From NCBI GenBank assembly GCA_017654855.1, contig CM030337.1, forward strand, positions 4,278,001 to 4,341,106: 63,106 nt of DNA, given 5' to 3'. A program made the translations under genes and the position numbers. Source of the DNA: Podospora anserina. Taxonomy: Eukaryota. Positions 38,885 to 52,800 of this stretch are shown here, in pieces; position 1 is the first letter of the stretch, and every line of letters starts with the position of its first letter. The notes below the pieces were generated by a model. That model was not told the origin of the DNA. It worked only from the letters and a program-made list of their open reading frames with translations, and searched no databases.

Positions 38885-39539
38885 ATATAGTATTTTTATA
38901 ACGAACCCCTATATAGAACCTCTAAAAGGGATACGGGTTAAAGGTAACTTCTATCAATTAGTTCGGTGCAGCTAAATAATATATAATAAAATGTTTTAAT
39001 ATAAATATAAAATACCGTAAATACAACTGTAAATTACATACTACGGAACTATCTATTTATACTAGCTAGTTCCTCCGTATATATAAACTTATTTATTACT
39101 ATTATTACTAGTAATAATATCGATTATTATTCGTCGTTTACCGAAAGCTAGTAATAATCGTGATTATTACCCTTAGCGTTAGTAATAATTTAACTTCCTT
39201 ACTTTTCTATTCCTAGTAGTTAGACGGGTCGCGCCCCGCACTCCCTACTTATATTAAGTCCGTAATAACCTTATACAAAAGGTATATATTAGCTATTAAT
39301 CATTAACGACTACGAGAGGCACTACTCCGAAGAATTCGAAACTTATTACCGGAAATATAATATTATTATACTATATATACCTCCGCACTCCTCCTATATA
39401 CTTTAGCTATTAAATATTAATTATTTTATATTATTAAAAAATACGTATAGCCGCTAAATTAAATACTTAATACGGATAAATATTATTGTTAACTAGTAAG
39501 CCCTAATAGGCCTATAATATAGAACCTATACAGGGTTGC
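38885..39539. other. Unclassified RIP-mutated repeat relic
   Basis: AT-rich, TpA-rich and CpA/TpG-poor segment between two LTRs; no motif recognised. Confidence 0.4.
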
Positions 39540-42500
39540 TGTAAAATACAGCAGTGCGTAAGCGGAAGCGGGAGGATACGACGGCAGTGCCGAAAGAAAG
39601 TAAAGCACTATAATACAGTGAGGTATAAAGAATAAGAATTGCCTTTATTACCCTTGGCCTTAGCTTTTAGCCTTAGCCTTAAGCTTTTGCCCTTAAGGAA
39701 AGAAAGAAAGGAAATATTCTACAGGAGAGAGGAGAGGTCTATATATAGGCCTTCGTAGGCCTACTGTGGGTCCTGTAGGCCCTAGAAGCCCCTATACCAC
39801 TTTGGGGTATTTAGTGGGCTCAGGTGGGTCTAGTGTAGACTTACGGAAATCCATAGAACCTTCGGCAGCAAAGGTGCCCTATAAATCACACCATTGTAGC
39901 AACTTACTACGTAAGCCTATAGCTACTTTGGAAGGTTCTAGTATCTATTAACTAAGCCTCAGGCTACAGTAGCCCTGTAAGCCTTTAAAGGTCCCTTGTA
40001 AAGAACATTCTAAAAGGATCCAAGCCGGGAAGTTCCATTACTACTTATAGCAATACTACCCACTATAATATTAATCTATAGAGCAGTAAGTAGGGCACTT
40101 AGTAGTACCCACACATTAACACCCCTTCTGTGGGAGTGCTAGGTGCCCACTTACTAGGCCGTAGGGCCTTTATAAGTACTAGGCTTCCGGTAGTTTATTA
40201 GCTCTAAAAAGCGTTGGAACTTAGGTGCTAGTAGGGCCTTTATTAGGCCGTCGGCTACTATATCCTCTATAGGTACGAATGATATAGTAATATTTCCTTC
40301 TATAACGCTCTCCCTAACGCCTTGGAATTTAAGGAGCGTGTGCTTAGTACGGTTATAGTGCTTCGGGTTGTGGGCTATCTCTATAGCACCTTAGTTATCG
40401 CACCTTAAGGGGGTAGGGCTCTTTAGAGAGCGCTGAATTTCACTGTATAGCCCTCTAAGCCACAGGGCTTCCCGGTTACCTTCGATTAAGGCCGTATATT
40501 CGGCCTCGAGGGTGCTATAGGTAACCGTAGGCGCTCGTTTAGATTTCTAGCTTACAGGGCCACCTCCTACTAAAAATAAGTAGCCGTAAGTAGACCGAGC
40601 AGTGGTTTTACAGCCAGCGAAATCGCTATCGGTATAGCCTATAGGCTCAATACTACCCGTACCTCCTAACTATATAGCTAGGTCCATCGTGCTATATAGG
40701 TAGCTTAGCAGCTTTTTAGCTGCTTTTAGGTGGGCTACTTTAGGTGCTTGTAGGTGCCGTAAAAGCCACTAAACGGAGTAGGTAATATCGGCCCGGGTTT
40801 GGGTTATCGGGTAGGTAATAGTGCCTAGTAGGCTCTAGTATAGCTTAGTGTCGGCTTTATTTAGTGGATCAAAGGGAGTTTCGGGGCCTGTAAGGCCTAG
40901 AGAGAGCGGTAAGGCAGGTACGTGAGTGCTAACTTCGAAGTGCTTAACAGCCTCTTGGATATAAGCCTTTTGGTAGAGCTAAAGTAGCCTTTTACGCCTA
41001 TTTCTTTTAATTTGGACCCCGAGAAAGAACTTAGTAGGGCCTAAGTCCTCTATATCGTAAGCCTGAGCCAACTGTAGCTTCAGGGCCTGCGGAAGTAATA
41101 CTTCGATATTAGTAAGCTTTAAAGGTACTATTGCCGTAAGTATAGGCCTAGGAGGTACTATTGCAGTAAGTGCCCCTTCTATAATTATAGGGGGTTCCCC
41201 TTCTAAAAGCTCGATGTCTTCCAGTTCTGGAAGCCTTAGTTGCGATGTAGAGGCTATAGGTCCTTCTAAATAAGGCCTATAATCTTCGTACAGTTTAACG
41301 AATGGCGTTTAGATTACTTGCCGGTAGCCTAGCCACACTAAGTAAGTATTATTGCCTAGTACGGCTAAAAGCTTGCCTTTAGTAGCTTTAGGCTCTAGCT
41401 TTCTTACGGTAATGCGTTTTTCAGGCGGTGTAAGTACTAAAACTTCAGCGCCTATAGCCCTATAAGGTCTAAGGTCCGGGACGTAAGGGGCCTATAAGGG
41501 CACCAATTCGTTAAAAAATAACTAGTGGGGCGTAAATTCCTTAGTGGAAGTGGCTATACGGTTAATAATATCTACAATAGAGCCAATTACGTAGCACCAG
41601 AGGGTAAGTGGTAGGCCAGAGGCTACCATAGTAGCCCGTAGACGCTCTAAAATTACCCGAATAGAGCGCTCGGCTAGGCCGTTTTGGTGGTGGGCGTATG
41701 GGCTAGACTCACTAAAGGTTATACCTTTTTCAGTAAGGTAGGGCAGTAGCCTTTAAATTTCCTTGCCCCCGTCGTAGTGGAATTGTGCCGGGTACCGCTT
41801 ATAAGTATTGTATAGGCTCTCTATAGCGGAGCGAGCCTCTATAGCGACTTCGTCCTTAATTTTTAGGAGCCTAACAAGCCTGTACCGGGTCTTACGGTCC
41901 ACTAAAATAAGCCCGTAAGGCCTGCTATTTAGTGGGGTGGGTCGAATCACAAATATATTCCCTTCTATTCGACTCAGCGCATACGGTGGGTCCGTTACAG
42001 GCCTTTTAAAGGGTTTACGCAGTAATTTAGCTGCGTCACAGCTCTTACAGGTCAGATCTATAGGCTATACCTTCTATAAATTAGGTATGCCCTTAGTAAT
42101 TAGGGCAGTTTTCTTCAGAAAGTCTAGGCCTATATAGCCTAATCGAACGTGCCAGAGTCTTACAGCCTAAATCAACGCTTAGTTACGTTAGTAGGGCGAA
42201 TGCCCTGTACGGCGAGGGGTAAGCGCCGTAATGGTAATTGGTTTAGGCGCTATAATAGGCGCTATGGTAAGCGCTATGGTAGGCACTGTAGTAAGCGCTA
42301 TAGTAGGCGCTATAGTAGGCGCTATAGTAGGCGCTATAGTAGGCACTATAGTAGGCGCTATAGTAGGCGCTATAGTAGGCGCTATAGTAGGCACTATAGT
42401 AAGCGCTATAATAAGCGCTGTGGTAGCTGGAAATTCAGGCGTAATGGTAGTTAATTCAGGGTCTAAATCGCTATCTTCAGTGCTATAGCACTAAATAGAG

Positions 42501-42595
42501 CCGTATGCTTATAGCGTTAAATACTCTATTTTAGCTAGAACCGTGGTTTTAGTAATAAAAAAGAACCCATTTTTCTTAAAGTTAAGGAGGGCCAG
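39540..42595 (-). mobile_element. Ty1/Copia LTR retrotransposon, 5'-truncated and internally deleted (3' LTR 39540-40121)
   Basis: Minus-strand order: LWHVRLG(H) pre-integrase; integrase YDGGKE...HQNGLAER; RT tail DLGPTKFFLG and TRADI; RNase H GYTDSDFAG, STLEAEY, RTKH and ADGL(T)K; PPT AGAAGGGG followed by a TG...CA LTR. Confidence 0.9.
42243..42420 (-). repeat. 12-bp tandem repeat (GCGCTATAGTAG)n encoding PTIA-like repeats inside Copia pol
   Basis: About 14-15 imperfect copies visible directly; the ORF track gives PTIAPTIAPTIA. Confidence 0.9.
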
Positions 42596-45500
42596 TAAAA
42601 TGGTGAGAAAACACACAAAACAACCACAACACCACAAATATACCCTCAACAGGTCTCAGAATAAACACACCTGCGTGACAGTAACTCGCTCGCAGGCCGC
42701 ACTTCACGTAGGACAAAGAAAAGACACTATGGGCTCGCAGGCCACATAATAAGCACCGGATTGGCCTGATCAGAGGGCCAGAATTGCCTGCACGCGTGTA
42801 AGGCACAAAATACGAAGAAAAGAATAAAAATCGATGTCCTGTCTAAATAGAATGTCCGAAGTAGACCGCTTATATATATGACCCCTAAACCCCTAAGTCC
42901 TCTAAGAGCCCCGCTTCCTTATTCATACTCTTAGGCCTATAGCCGCACCCTAAACCAAACCTCCCTTCGCATTTAACTATTATAAACTAATAGGTAAATA
43001 CGTATATAAGAAAAAAATCCCTTACAAATAAAAAAAAAAAAAGAAAATATCGTTCAGTAAAAAGAAGGGAAAACGATGTAATCCTGCTATCCCTTTATCT
43101 ATTCTCCCTTAATTAGAGAAAAGAGCACCCTCACTTCTCGGATCTCAGAGTATACCTCCGTCTCTATCGAGCCATTATAATTAGTAACCTAACGACCTCC
43201 TCCCTTTGTCTTTAAGGAACTCTAAGAGCCCACTCCCATCCCATAAAACCAGGTATATAATTAGGCGAAAAGTATATTATTAGCGATCCTAAGTAGTTAT
43301 AAGTAGGGGGACGGGTAATTATAGGCCTAAAGAGGAGCGGCAAGTCTATTATTATAAGAGTATAGAACTTAAAGGGGGTTACTACCCTATTTAATCGTTA
43401 AAAATTATTCGATACGTTACTTAGTTTAAACCCTTTATAATTAAAAAGAAGACCTACGACGTACTTATCTCCCTTAATAGTAGTAACTAAAGCTAACGGA
43501 AAACTAGGGAGGGAAATAAACCGGGGAATTAATAAAGATTTAAAAAGAAACGAGAGGGTATTTAGTAAGTTAAATCCTTTCGCGTTTATTAAGTCCTCTA
43601 GGCCCCTCTTCCTCCATTTCTTATTACGTACCCTCTAATTAGGCTTATAACCTAAAAACCTTTTTATATAAGCTATTTATAATTTTATTATTTTCTTCCC
43701 CGTAACGCTTACGGTCTTATAGTTTCTATAGTAATAATTTCCTCTCTAAACCTTTATTACCGTTAAATCCTTTTTTTTACCGTACAAAATACTTCCTTAA
43801 AAATAAGTACAATAATACTTTAAAACTTAAAGATTATATTCCTACGCCCCGCCCTATTTACTATAGGCTAACCTCCTTACTTTTACGTTAAGGTTATAGT
43901 AAAAAGCGTAACGGATATAAGATATTAAATAAAAAATAATATTAACTTAATACCCCTTTTAATCCTTCGACGAGTCTATATAAACTAAAATATTAATAGT
44001 AACGTTGTAAATACTTATTACCTAATAGCTTCCGTTATTAATATAAATAGGAAAAACCTAGTATTATTAGTTAAAGGCGTTATAATTATCGTTAAATAGA
44101 AAAAAGTATATCGACGACTTTATTATAATAAAGTTTAAAGACTCTCTAGAGATCTATATATAACGTTTAAGGATTCCCTAAAGAAAATACTAAAAAGCGT
44201 AAGTAAGGACTAAGCTAGTAAATTACTATTTAACCTTTAATTAACCTTAAAAGTTATATATAATATAAATAAAGGAAGTTATATAAATATTATAAATATA
44301 AATCCGATTAGGGGGGGTCGTTATTCTTAAATTAAGAAAAAGATATTTAATAGTATTAATCGAAAATTACTTTACGAAAATAATATTAATTTAATCGGGC
44401 CGCTTTTTTATAATATAATTTCCTAGGTCGGTAATTAAATTAAAACTAAAATAAATAGGCTAAAGAATATTATTATTTTAAGAAAGGAAAATACCGTGCG
44501 GGGGACTAGAGCTATAAACCCTATCGATACTTTAAAAGCGTACTTTCCGAATAATCTCTTTAACGAAATTATTAGGAAGGCTAAATTTCTTAATAATAAT
44601 AAATTTTTCCTATAATATATCGTAAATAAACTTTATAAAAAATATTAATAATATTATTCTATAAAAATTAAAAAGAAGTAATATATAGTATAATCTATAA
44701 TTAAAGGGTTATCGAGAGGGAAATAAAAATTTTTTTTTAAAATAGAGAATTAAAGAGGGAAAAAGGTCTTCGGTAAGTCTTTATTCTTTATTATTTACTT
44801 AATTTATAAAGTAAGATTATTAGATAGTTACGTAAGCCGTTTAAAGAGGAAAAAGCGCTTTAATAAATCTCCCTCCTATAGAGGTCTGTAAGACTAGTCG
44901 CACCGTCCTATCCTCTAATTATAAATACCTATACTAATTTTCTTTATTCCCGCTTACTCCTTATCTTTTTTAATACTTATTAACCGCTTCTTCCTAATAA
45001 CCTTTTTTTTAAAGAAACTTATTATTTCGTCCGATTAAATAATTAATAACCTTACTATTTAAGTATTTATAACTTTTTTTATTAAAAAACTTTTTAATTA
45101 AATTAAGGAAATTTTTAACCTTACTATATATAATTAGTCCGAGGTTACTATAGACTTTACTTAAAAGCTTTTACTTACTACCCTTATTTATTATTCCACC
45201 GACCTTACCTATATTTTTAATAATTAAAGTATTATTTATAAGAAATACGTTTAGGTTCGGCGTTTTATTTACGTTTATAACTCTACTATACTTAAAAGTA
45301 TTAATATTTATTATAATATTTTTCTCCCTTATTAAATTACTTTTTAATACTTTAAGATTTCCCCTTTAAATCCTAAATACGTAACTACTCTCCTCTACCT
45401 TAAGTAATTCCTCTTTAATCCGACGAAAAAGGAGGGTAAAAAAGAATAATAGTTACTTTTTAAGGATATTAATACGGATAAAACTATTATTAATTATATT

Positions 45501-48500
45501 TCTAAAGTATTATTAACCGGTTCCGTTAAACGGATTTTCGTCGAACGGTTTAATAAGTAGTTTTTCGGGCGCTAGCTCTTCGAAATCGTTAAATAGGTTT
45601 ATCGCTCTAAAGGTTTATTTATTTAGGCTACCGGATTATTATAAGTACCGCCCCCTTAATTAAACTTAGTTTAATATTAATATATTAGATTTAATTATAT
45701 TAATTTATATAATAAGTGCGATTAAAGTTATTGCTAGTCTTTCGTAACGTTCCCCGATAGGACTAAAATTAAAGTAATATAATTATACTTTAGTTATATA
45801 GGAAGAAAGGACCTCGATTAGAAATACAGGAATTATTAATATAAAGGTATTTATTATTTATAGTTTAATATTAATAAGGATAGTTTTTACTTTAAGGATT
45901 TTAGTAGTAGTAGGTTATCGAAGTTAAATCGTAGTACCGTAAGTTTAATTTTTAATAATAAGGAAGTCGATTGGGATTAGGAATAAGAAGAATAGCGGGC
46001 TAAATATAAAGAGTTTAAAAAATAGTAGATAGATAAAAAGAAAGAGAAAAAAAAAAAAAAAAAATAATTTTTTATTTCCTTAAATTAGAGGAAAGGGTAT
46101 AAAGAGAGAAGTAAATCGGAAAAAAAAATAATAAGAAAAAAAAAAAAAAATTAAAAATTTAATATAATAATCTTTACCCTAATTAATTACCTCCCTTAGT
46201 ATCTTTCCTCCTTTTAAAAATAAATAACTCCTATAGCTTTATTCTTATAATATAAACTTTAGTATCCTTTTAAAGAAAAATAATAATTATAATACCTTTA
46301 TTATCGTTTCCCTTTAATTACTTAAAAAGTCCTCTAATTTACCCTTTTTTAGGACTATCTTTATACTTTTACCTTTCTTAAATCTCTTTTATACTTTAGT
46401 ATTCTTCCGTTCTATCTAAATCTTCCCCCTAATTATTATTCTCCCTAATATTTTTTTTATTATTTTTTTTTTTTATTTTTATTTTCCACTATATTTATAC
46501 CTTCCTTTACTTTATTTTTAGGTACTTATTTAATTTTCCCTAGTCCTAGCTATATATTTATATCCTCTTTATTTATATATATATTTTTTAACCTAAAAAA
46601 CTTCTTTACTTTATTTAGTATATAAGAAACTTATAATAGTACCCTATTTAGTATCTCTAAAAAATAATAAATATTACTTAGTTCGACCTTCTTTATTTTA
46701 AAAGGGCCGTCCTAATAGTACTATAACTTCCTTACTATACTTATATCTAACTTTTTATTTATTTTATATATTAATACTAAATCCCCCTTTCTAATTATAT
46801 TATTTTTAAGCCTAATACTACGAATCCCTTTTTTATTTTTTTTTACCGCGGCTTTCTATTTTACTATACTAACCCTCTTAACTACTAAAGTCAGATTTAT
46901 CTCCTAGGATTTTAATAGTCTTACCCTTACCTCTATTAAATCTATAATCGCTCTCTCCTTCCAGTATCTCCCTAATCTATCGAAACTAATCTTTTCTTAT
47001 TAAACGATTTTCTATAATAGTACGTCCTTTTCGATTAGCGTAATAAAGTTAAACCTATATATTAAATAAAAAGTATTATATTTATAAATACCTCGTATTA
47101 TAATCCTATTAATAAATAATATATAAAGAAATTATTATTTTTACTTTTTTCCTATCCTATTTATTATTTTTATTAATATTAATATAATTAGAATATAATT
47201 AAACTCCGTTACTTTATTTACTTTTACGTTATAAAGTAAAACTATTACCCGAAGAACTTTTAGCCTCTCTAAAATCTTAATAGTTTCCTTCCTAAATTCT
47301 AATTCGTTATTTATTATTACGATTAGAGGGTAACCCTATTTAAGGATAATATCGTATAGAATAAAGTTTTTAACCCCAGAAACCTTACTTAAGCTTAAAA
47401 CCTTTATTTTTAAATACTTAATTAAGTTATCCCTCGCTTTTAAAAGGTAAATTTTTTTTCCCGAAATCGTTAATAAAAATTAAACGTTTAAATACTACTT
47501 TATAAATAAAGTAATTAAAGGTTTAATATATAAATATTAATCTTTTTAACGTTTCGGGCTTTATTATTAATATTACTTATATATTTTAATCTAAACCTTA
47601 ATATTAATATATATACCCTTCTAATAATAATTTTTTATTATTCGGGTATAAATAACTTCCCGTCCTTTATAACCTATTTCGTTATAATACGTATTAAAGA
47701 CTTTTTCCCGCTCGATTAGAGGGTTAATAATTCTTTTAAAGGGAAAGCTTCCTTTATTTAATTTAAAAAATAAAATTTTATTTTCGAAAATTATTTTTAA
47801 GGTATTATTTTTAATAGTTTAAACGTTAAACTTCGTTTTAGCCCTTAGCTCCGCATTAATCGTAAGGAACTCGGCGATAGTATAAGAGTAAAGAGACTAT
47901 AGTTTATTTAAGTAGGGGCCTTACTTAATAACTTCCTTTTTCTTTTTTTTAATATTTACTTGCTAAATACTTACTTTTTGGATATCGTTCTTCTAAATCC
48001 TTACATTAACCTTATTATTAATATCTAACTCTAATTCCTTTTCTTTTAAATTAGAGAGGCTAAATAGCTTTTTCGATAATACGTTTACTATAAAGTTCTT
48101 ACTTCTAGGGATATAAATAATTATAAAGTCGAAAAGTCTAATCTATTCTAATTATTTTATTATTAAAGTATTAGGAACGTTATTAGCCGCCCCTTAGACT
48201 TAATAGACTACCACTTAAGCGTCCGTTTCTACCGTAAAATATACCCTAAAAAAATACTTTTTAAATCTCTTTAAAATATATAATAGTCCTTTTAACTCCC
48301 TCTTAATAGTATTATACCTCTATTTAGCCGGGCTCCAAATATTATTTTTAAACTAATAAGGGTACCGTTTTTTATTAAGTCTTACTTATTTAATTACCGT
48401 TCCTTACCCTATTAAGTTTATATTAAAAATAATAAAAATTCTATCGAAACGGTCGTTATTAAACGTTAAAGAAATTAAATACGGTACCTTTATAATTAAA

Positions 48501-49715
48501 AAAGCAAGCTACTTTATTATACCCTATTAAACTTCCGTTTATTCCTATTTCGTATCCTTCCTTATTAAAAAATATAATAGAACTACAATTAAATTAAAGA
48601 GAAGTATCTATAGCCAATAATAGCCGGTAATCCCTAGGAAAGTATAAATATTTTTAAGACTATAGTAAGTTCGCTATTCTTTTATTTTTATTATCTTTAT
48701 TTAATTAGGGAGGTGCCCGTCCGGTATATAGGAATAGCTAAAGATAATAGTTTCCCGTTTATATTAAAGGGATTTTACGGTTATAATTGTGGCTTTTATA
48801 AGCTTATAGTTAAGTAAAACTATATTAATATTCTTTAAATACTTTAGGACCTACTTTTTAATTTCTAACCTTTTTTCTTTACTATTATAATTTTACTTTA
48901 GCCCTTTTACTATAATATCGTTTAAGTATAACTAATATATTTATGGGATAAGATTTTAAAAGACTTTAGTTACGGCTCTTTAAAATTAGGCTACTAAATT
49001 AGTAGTTCCTTAAAGTAAGGTATATATCCTAAATAGGCCGATAGGTGTCGCGAAGGTAATAAGGTTTCGGCTCGTTAAAACTAATTTAATTTAATTATAT
49101 CCGGAAAAAAAATTAAATAAAAAAATAATAAAATACTTTATAAAGTCCTTACTAAACTCTTTAATATTTAATAGGATAAAGGTATTTCGTTATATAATTT
49201 TATTATATTTTTAGGTATCGTTAATTAAACGGAAGTTATTATCCTTTTTCTTTATTAGAAATTAATTATTACGGTAGGGACTATACGTTTCTTTAATAAT
49301 ATTTCTCTTAATTCGTTCCCTAAGAAAATTAATAACTTTTTTTATAAATAACTTTGGGATCGGAATAAACTTATTTTATTACGCTTTATAAGTGATAATC
49401 CTAATATATTAAATAGGGAAAATTTTTTTAAGGATCTATTTATATTCGGTAAAGTCCTATATTAATATAACTTCCCTTATAAATAAGATTACTATAAATA
49501 CTTTAATTTTTTAATTTATTAAAATATTAGTAATTTATTTAATTAAATCGGTTAAGTATTTTAAAGTAAAGTATAACCCTTTAATTATTTTAAAAAACTT
49601 AAAAACTATAATATTATTAAATTCTAAACTATATTATAAGGATTCTTTAATTACTACCTATCTCCTTACTTTTTAGTTCGGATCTCCTTTAGGAGTATTA
49701 TTATTTAACCTATCA
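42596..49715 (-). mobile_element. Ty3/Gypsy LTR retrotransposon, heavily RIP-mutated and 5'-truncated (3' LTR 42596-42957)
   Basis: PPT GCGAAGGGAGGTT next to the LTR. RIP-reverted motifs: RT YL(D)DI at ~48914-48928; RNase H VETDA..(W)IRLFDF..KN at ~48080-48235; integrase YN..SN..E.(GH) at ~47190-47240; (W)DGPF at ~46700. Domain order RT-RH-IN. Resembles the Podospora crapaud/repa family from memory only. Confidence 0.88.
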
Positions 49716-49816
49716 GTTATTCTCCGATGGATTGTAGTACAATCCGTTGAAAAGCGCACCAAAAAAAAGGCCCCACTTTAGAAACAGGGGGTAGGATCCG
49801 TTGAAGAATTCAGTTG

Positions 49817-52800
49817 TACGATCCGATGGGATTTCTCCCATCAATATAAAAAGCAAAGACACTATTAGAATTGCCTGAACGAGCTGCATAGAATGGTATA
49901 GGGTGCATTATCGTACGAGCGGTGTGGAATTGTGAATGGTAGATATGAAGTTAGGTATGAGTGTGCTAGTAATGTACGTAGATAGTAAAGTGAGGTTGGG
50001 TAATAGAAGAGTAAGTTGTACGATCCGATGGGATTTCTCCCATCAAAATAAAAAGCAAAGATACCATTAAAAACAACTAAACGAACTGCATAAAATAGTA
50101 TAAGGTGCATTATCGTACGAGCGGTGTAGAATTATAAGCAAAAGATATAAAGTTAGGTATAAGTATGCTGGTAATACACGTGGATAGTAAAGTAAGGTTG
50201 GGTAATAGAAGGGTAAGTTATACGATCCGATGGGATTTCTCCCGTCAAAATAAAAAGTAAAAATAGCATTAGAATCGCCTAAACGAGCTATACAGAATAG
50301 TATAAGGTATATTATTATACGAGCGGTATAAAATTATAAATAAAAAATATAAAGTTAGGTATAAGTATACTAGTAATGTACGTAGATAGTAAAGTAAGGT
50401 TGAGTAATGGAAGGGTAAGTTATACGATCCGATGGGATTTCTCCCATCAATATAAAAAGTAAAGATATTATTAAAATTACTTAAACGAGTTATATAAAAT
50501 AGTATAGGGTATATTATCGTACGAGCGGTATAGAATTATAAATAGTAGATATAAAGTTAGGTATAAATATGCTAATAATGCACGTAAATAGTAAAGTGAG
50601 GTTGGGTAATAGAAGAGTAAGTTATACGATCCGATGGGATTTCTCCCATTAAAATAAAAAGTAAAGATACTATTAGAAATAACTAAACGAGCTATATAGA
50701 ATAGTATAAGGTACATTATCGTACGAGCGGTATAAAATTATAAATAAAAGATATAAAGTTAGGTATAAGTATGTTAGTAATGTACGTGGATAGTAAAGTA
50801 AGGTTAGGTAATGGAAGGGTAAGTTATACGATCCGATAGGATTTCTCCCGTTAAAATAAAAAATAAAGATAGTATTAGAATCGCCTGGACGAGCTACATA
50901 GAATAGTATAAGGTATATTATCGTACGAGCAGTATAGAATTATAAATAAAAAATATAAAGTTAAGTATAAATATGTTAGTAATATACGTAGATAGTAAAG
51001 TAAGGTTAGGTAATAAAAAAGTAAGTTATATGATCCGATAAGATTTCTTCCGTTAAAATAAAAAGTAAAGATAGTATTAAAATTGCTTAAACGAGCTATA
51101 TAGAATAGTATAAGGTATATTATCGTACGAGCGGTATAGAATTATAAGTAAAAAATATAAAGTTAGGTATAAGTATATTAGTAATGTACGTAGATAGTAA
51201 AGTAAGGTTAAGTAATAGAAAGGTAAGTTGTATAATCCGATAGGATTTCTCCCATTAATATAAAAAGTAAAGATATTATTAGAATTGCTTAAACGAGCTA
51301 TATAGAATAGTATAAAGTATATTATTATACGAGCGGTATAGAATTATAAATAATAAATATAAAGTTAGATATAAGTGTGTTAGTAATGTACGTAAATAGT
51401 AAAGTGAGGTTAGGTAATAGAAAAGTAAGTTATACGATCCGATAGGATTTCTCCTATTAAAATAAAAAACAAAAATACTATTAAAAATAATTAAACGAGC
51501 TATATAGAATAGTATAAGGTATATTATTGTACGAGCGGTATAGAATTATAAATAAAAGATATAAAGTTAGGTATAAGTATACTAGTAATATACGTGGATA
51601 GTAAAGTAAGGTTAAGTAATAGAAAGGTAAGTTATACGATCCGATAGGATTTCTTCTATTAAAATAAAAAGTAAAGATAGTATTAAAATCGCCTGGACGA
51701 GCTATATAGAATAGTATAAAGTATATTATTATACGAGCGGTATAGAATTATAAATAAAAGATATAAAGTTAGGTATAAGTATATTAGTAATATACGTAGA
51801 TAGTAAAGTAAGGTTGGGTAATGGAAAGGTAAGTTATACGATCCGATAGGATTTCTCCCGTTAAAATAAAAAATAAAGATAATATTAGAATCGCCTGGAC
51901 GAGCTGCACAGAATGGTATAAGGTATATTATTATACGAGCGGTATAGAATTATAAATAAAAGATATAAAGTTAGGTATAAGTATATTAGTAATATACGTA
52001 AATAGTAAAGTAAGGTTAAGTAATAGAAAGGTAAATTATACGATCCGATAGGATTTCTCCCGTTAAAATAAAAAGTAAAGATAGTATTAGAATTACCTAA
52101 ACGAGCTGCATAAAATAGTATAAAGTATATTATCGTACGAGCGGTATGGAATTATAAGTAAAAAATATAAAGTTAGGTATAAGTATACTAGTAATATACG
52201 TAGATAGTAAAGTAAGGTTAGGTAATGGAAGGGTAAGTTATACGATCCGATAGGATTTCTCCCGTTAAAATAAAAAATAAAGATAGTATTAGAATCGCTT
52301 AAACGAGCTATATAAAATAATATAAGGTGTATTATCGTATAAGCGGTATAGAATTATAAGTAAAAGATATAAAGTTAGGTATAAGTATATTAATAATATA
52401 CGTAGATAGTAAAGTAAGGTTAGGTAATAGAAGGGTAAGTTATACGATCCGATAGGATTTCTCCCGTTAAAATAAAAAGTAAAAATAATATTAGAATTGC
52501 CTGAACGAGCTGTATAGAATAGTATAAGGTATATTATTATACGAACGGTATAAAATTATAAATAAAAAATATAAAGTTAGGTATAAGTATATTAATAATA
52601 TACGTAGATAGTAAAGTAAGGTTAAGTAATAGAAAAGTAAATTATACGATCCAATAAGATTTCTCCTATTAATATAAAAAGTAAAGATATTATTAAAATT
52701 ACCTAAACGAGCTATATAGAATAATATAGGGTATATTATCGTACGAACAGTATGGAATTATAAATAATAAATATAAAGTTAAGTATAAGTATATTAATAA

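Noticed and set aside
38522-42957. Treating the two similar LTRs as the ends of one retrotransposon
   Set aside because: The DNA between them is a Copia fragment with its own LTR. The PPT and Gypsy pol lie distal to the second LTR, so the two LTRs belong to separate insertions.
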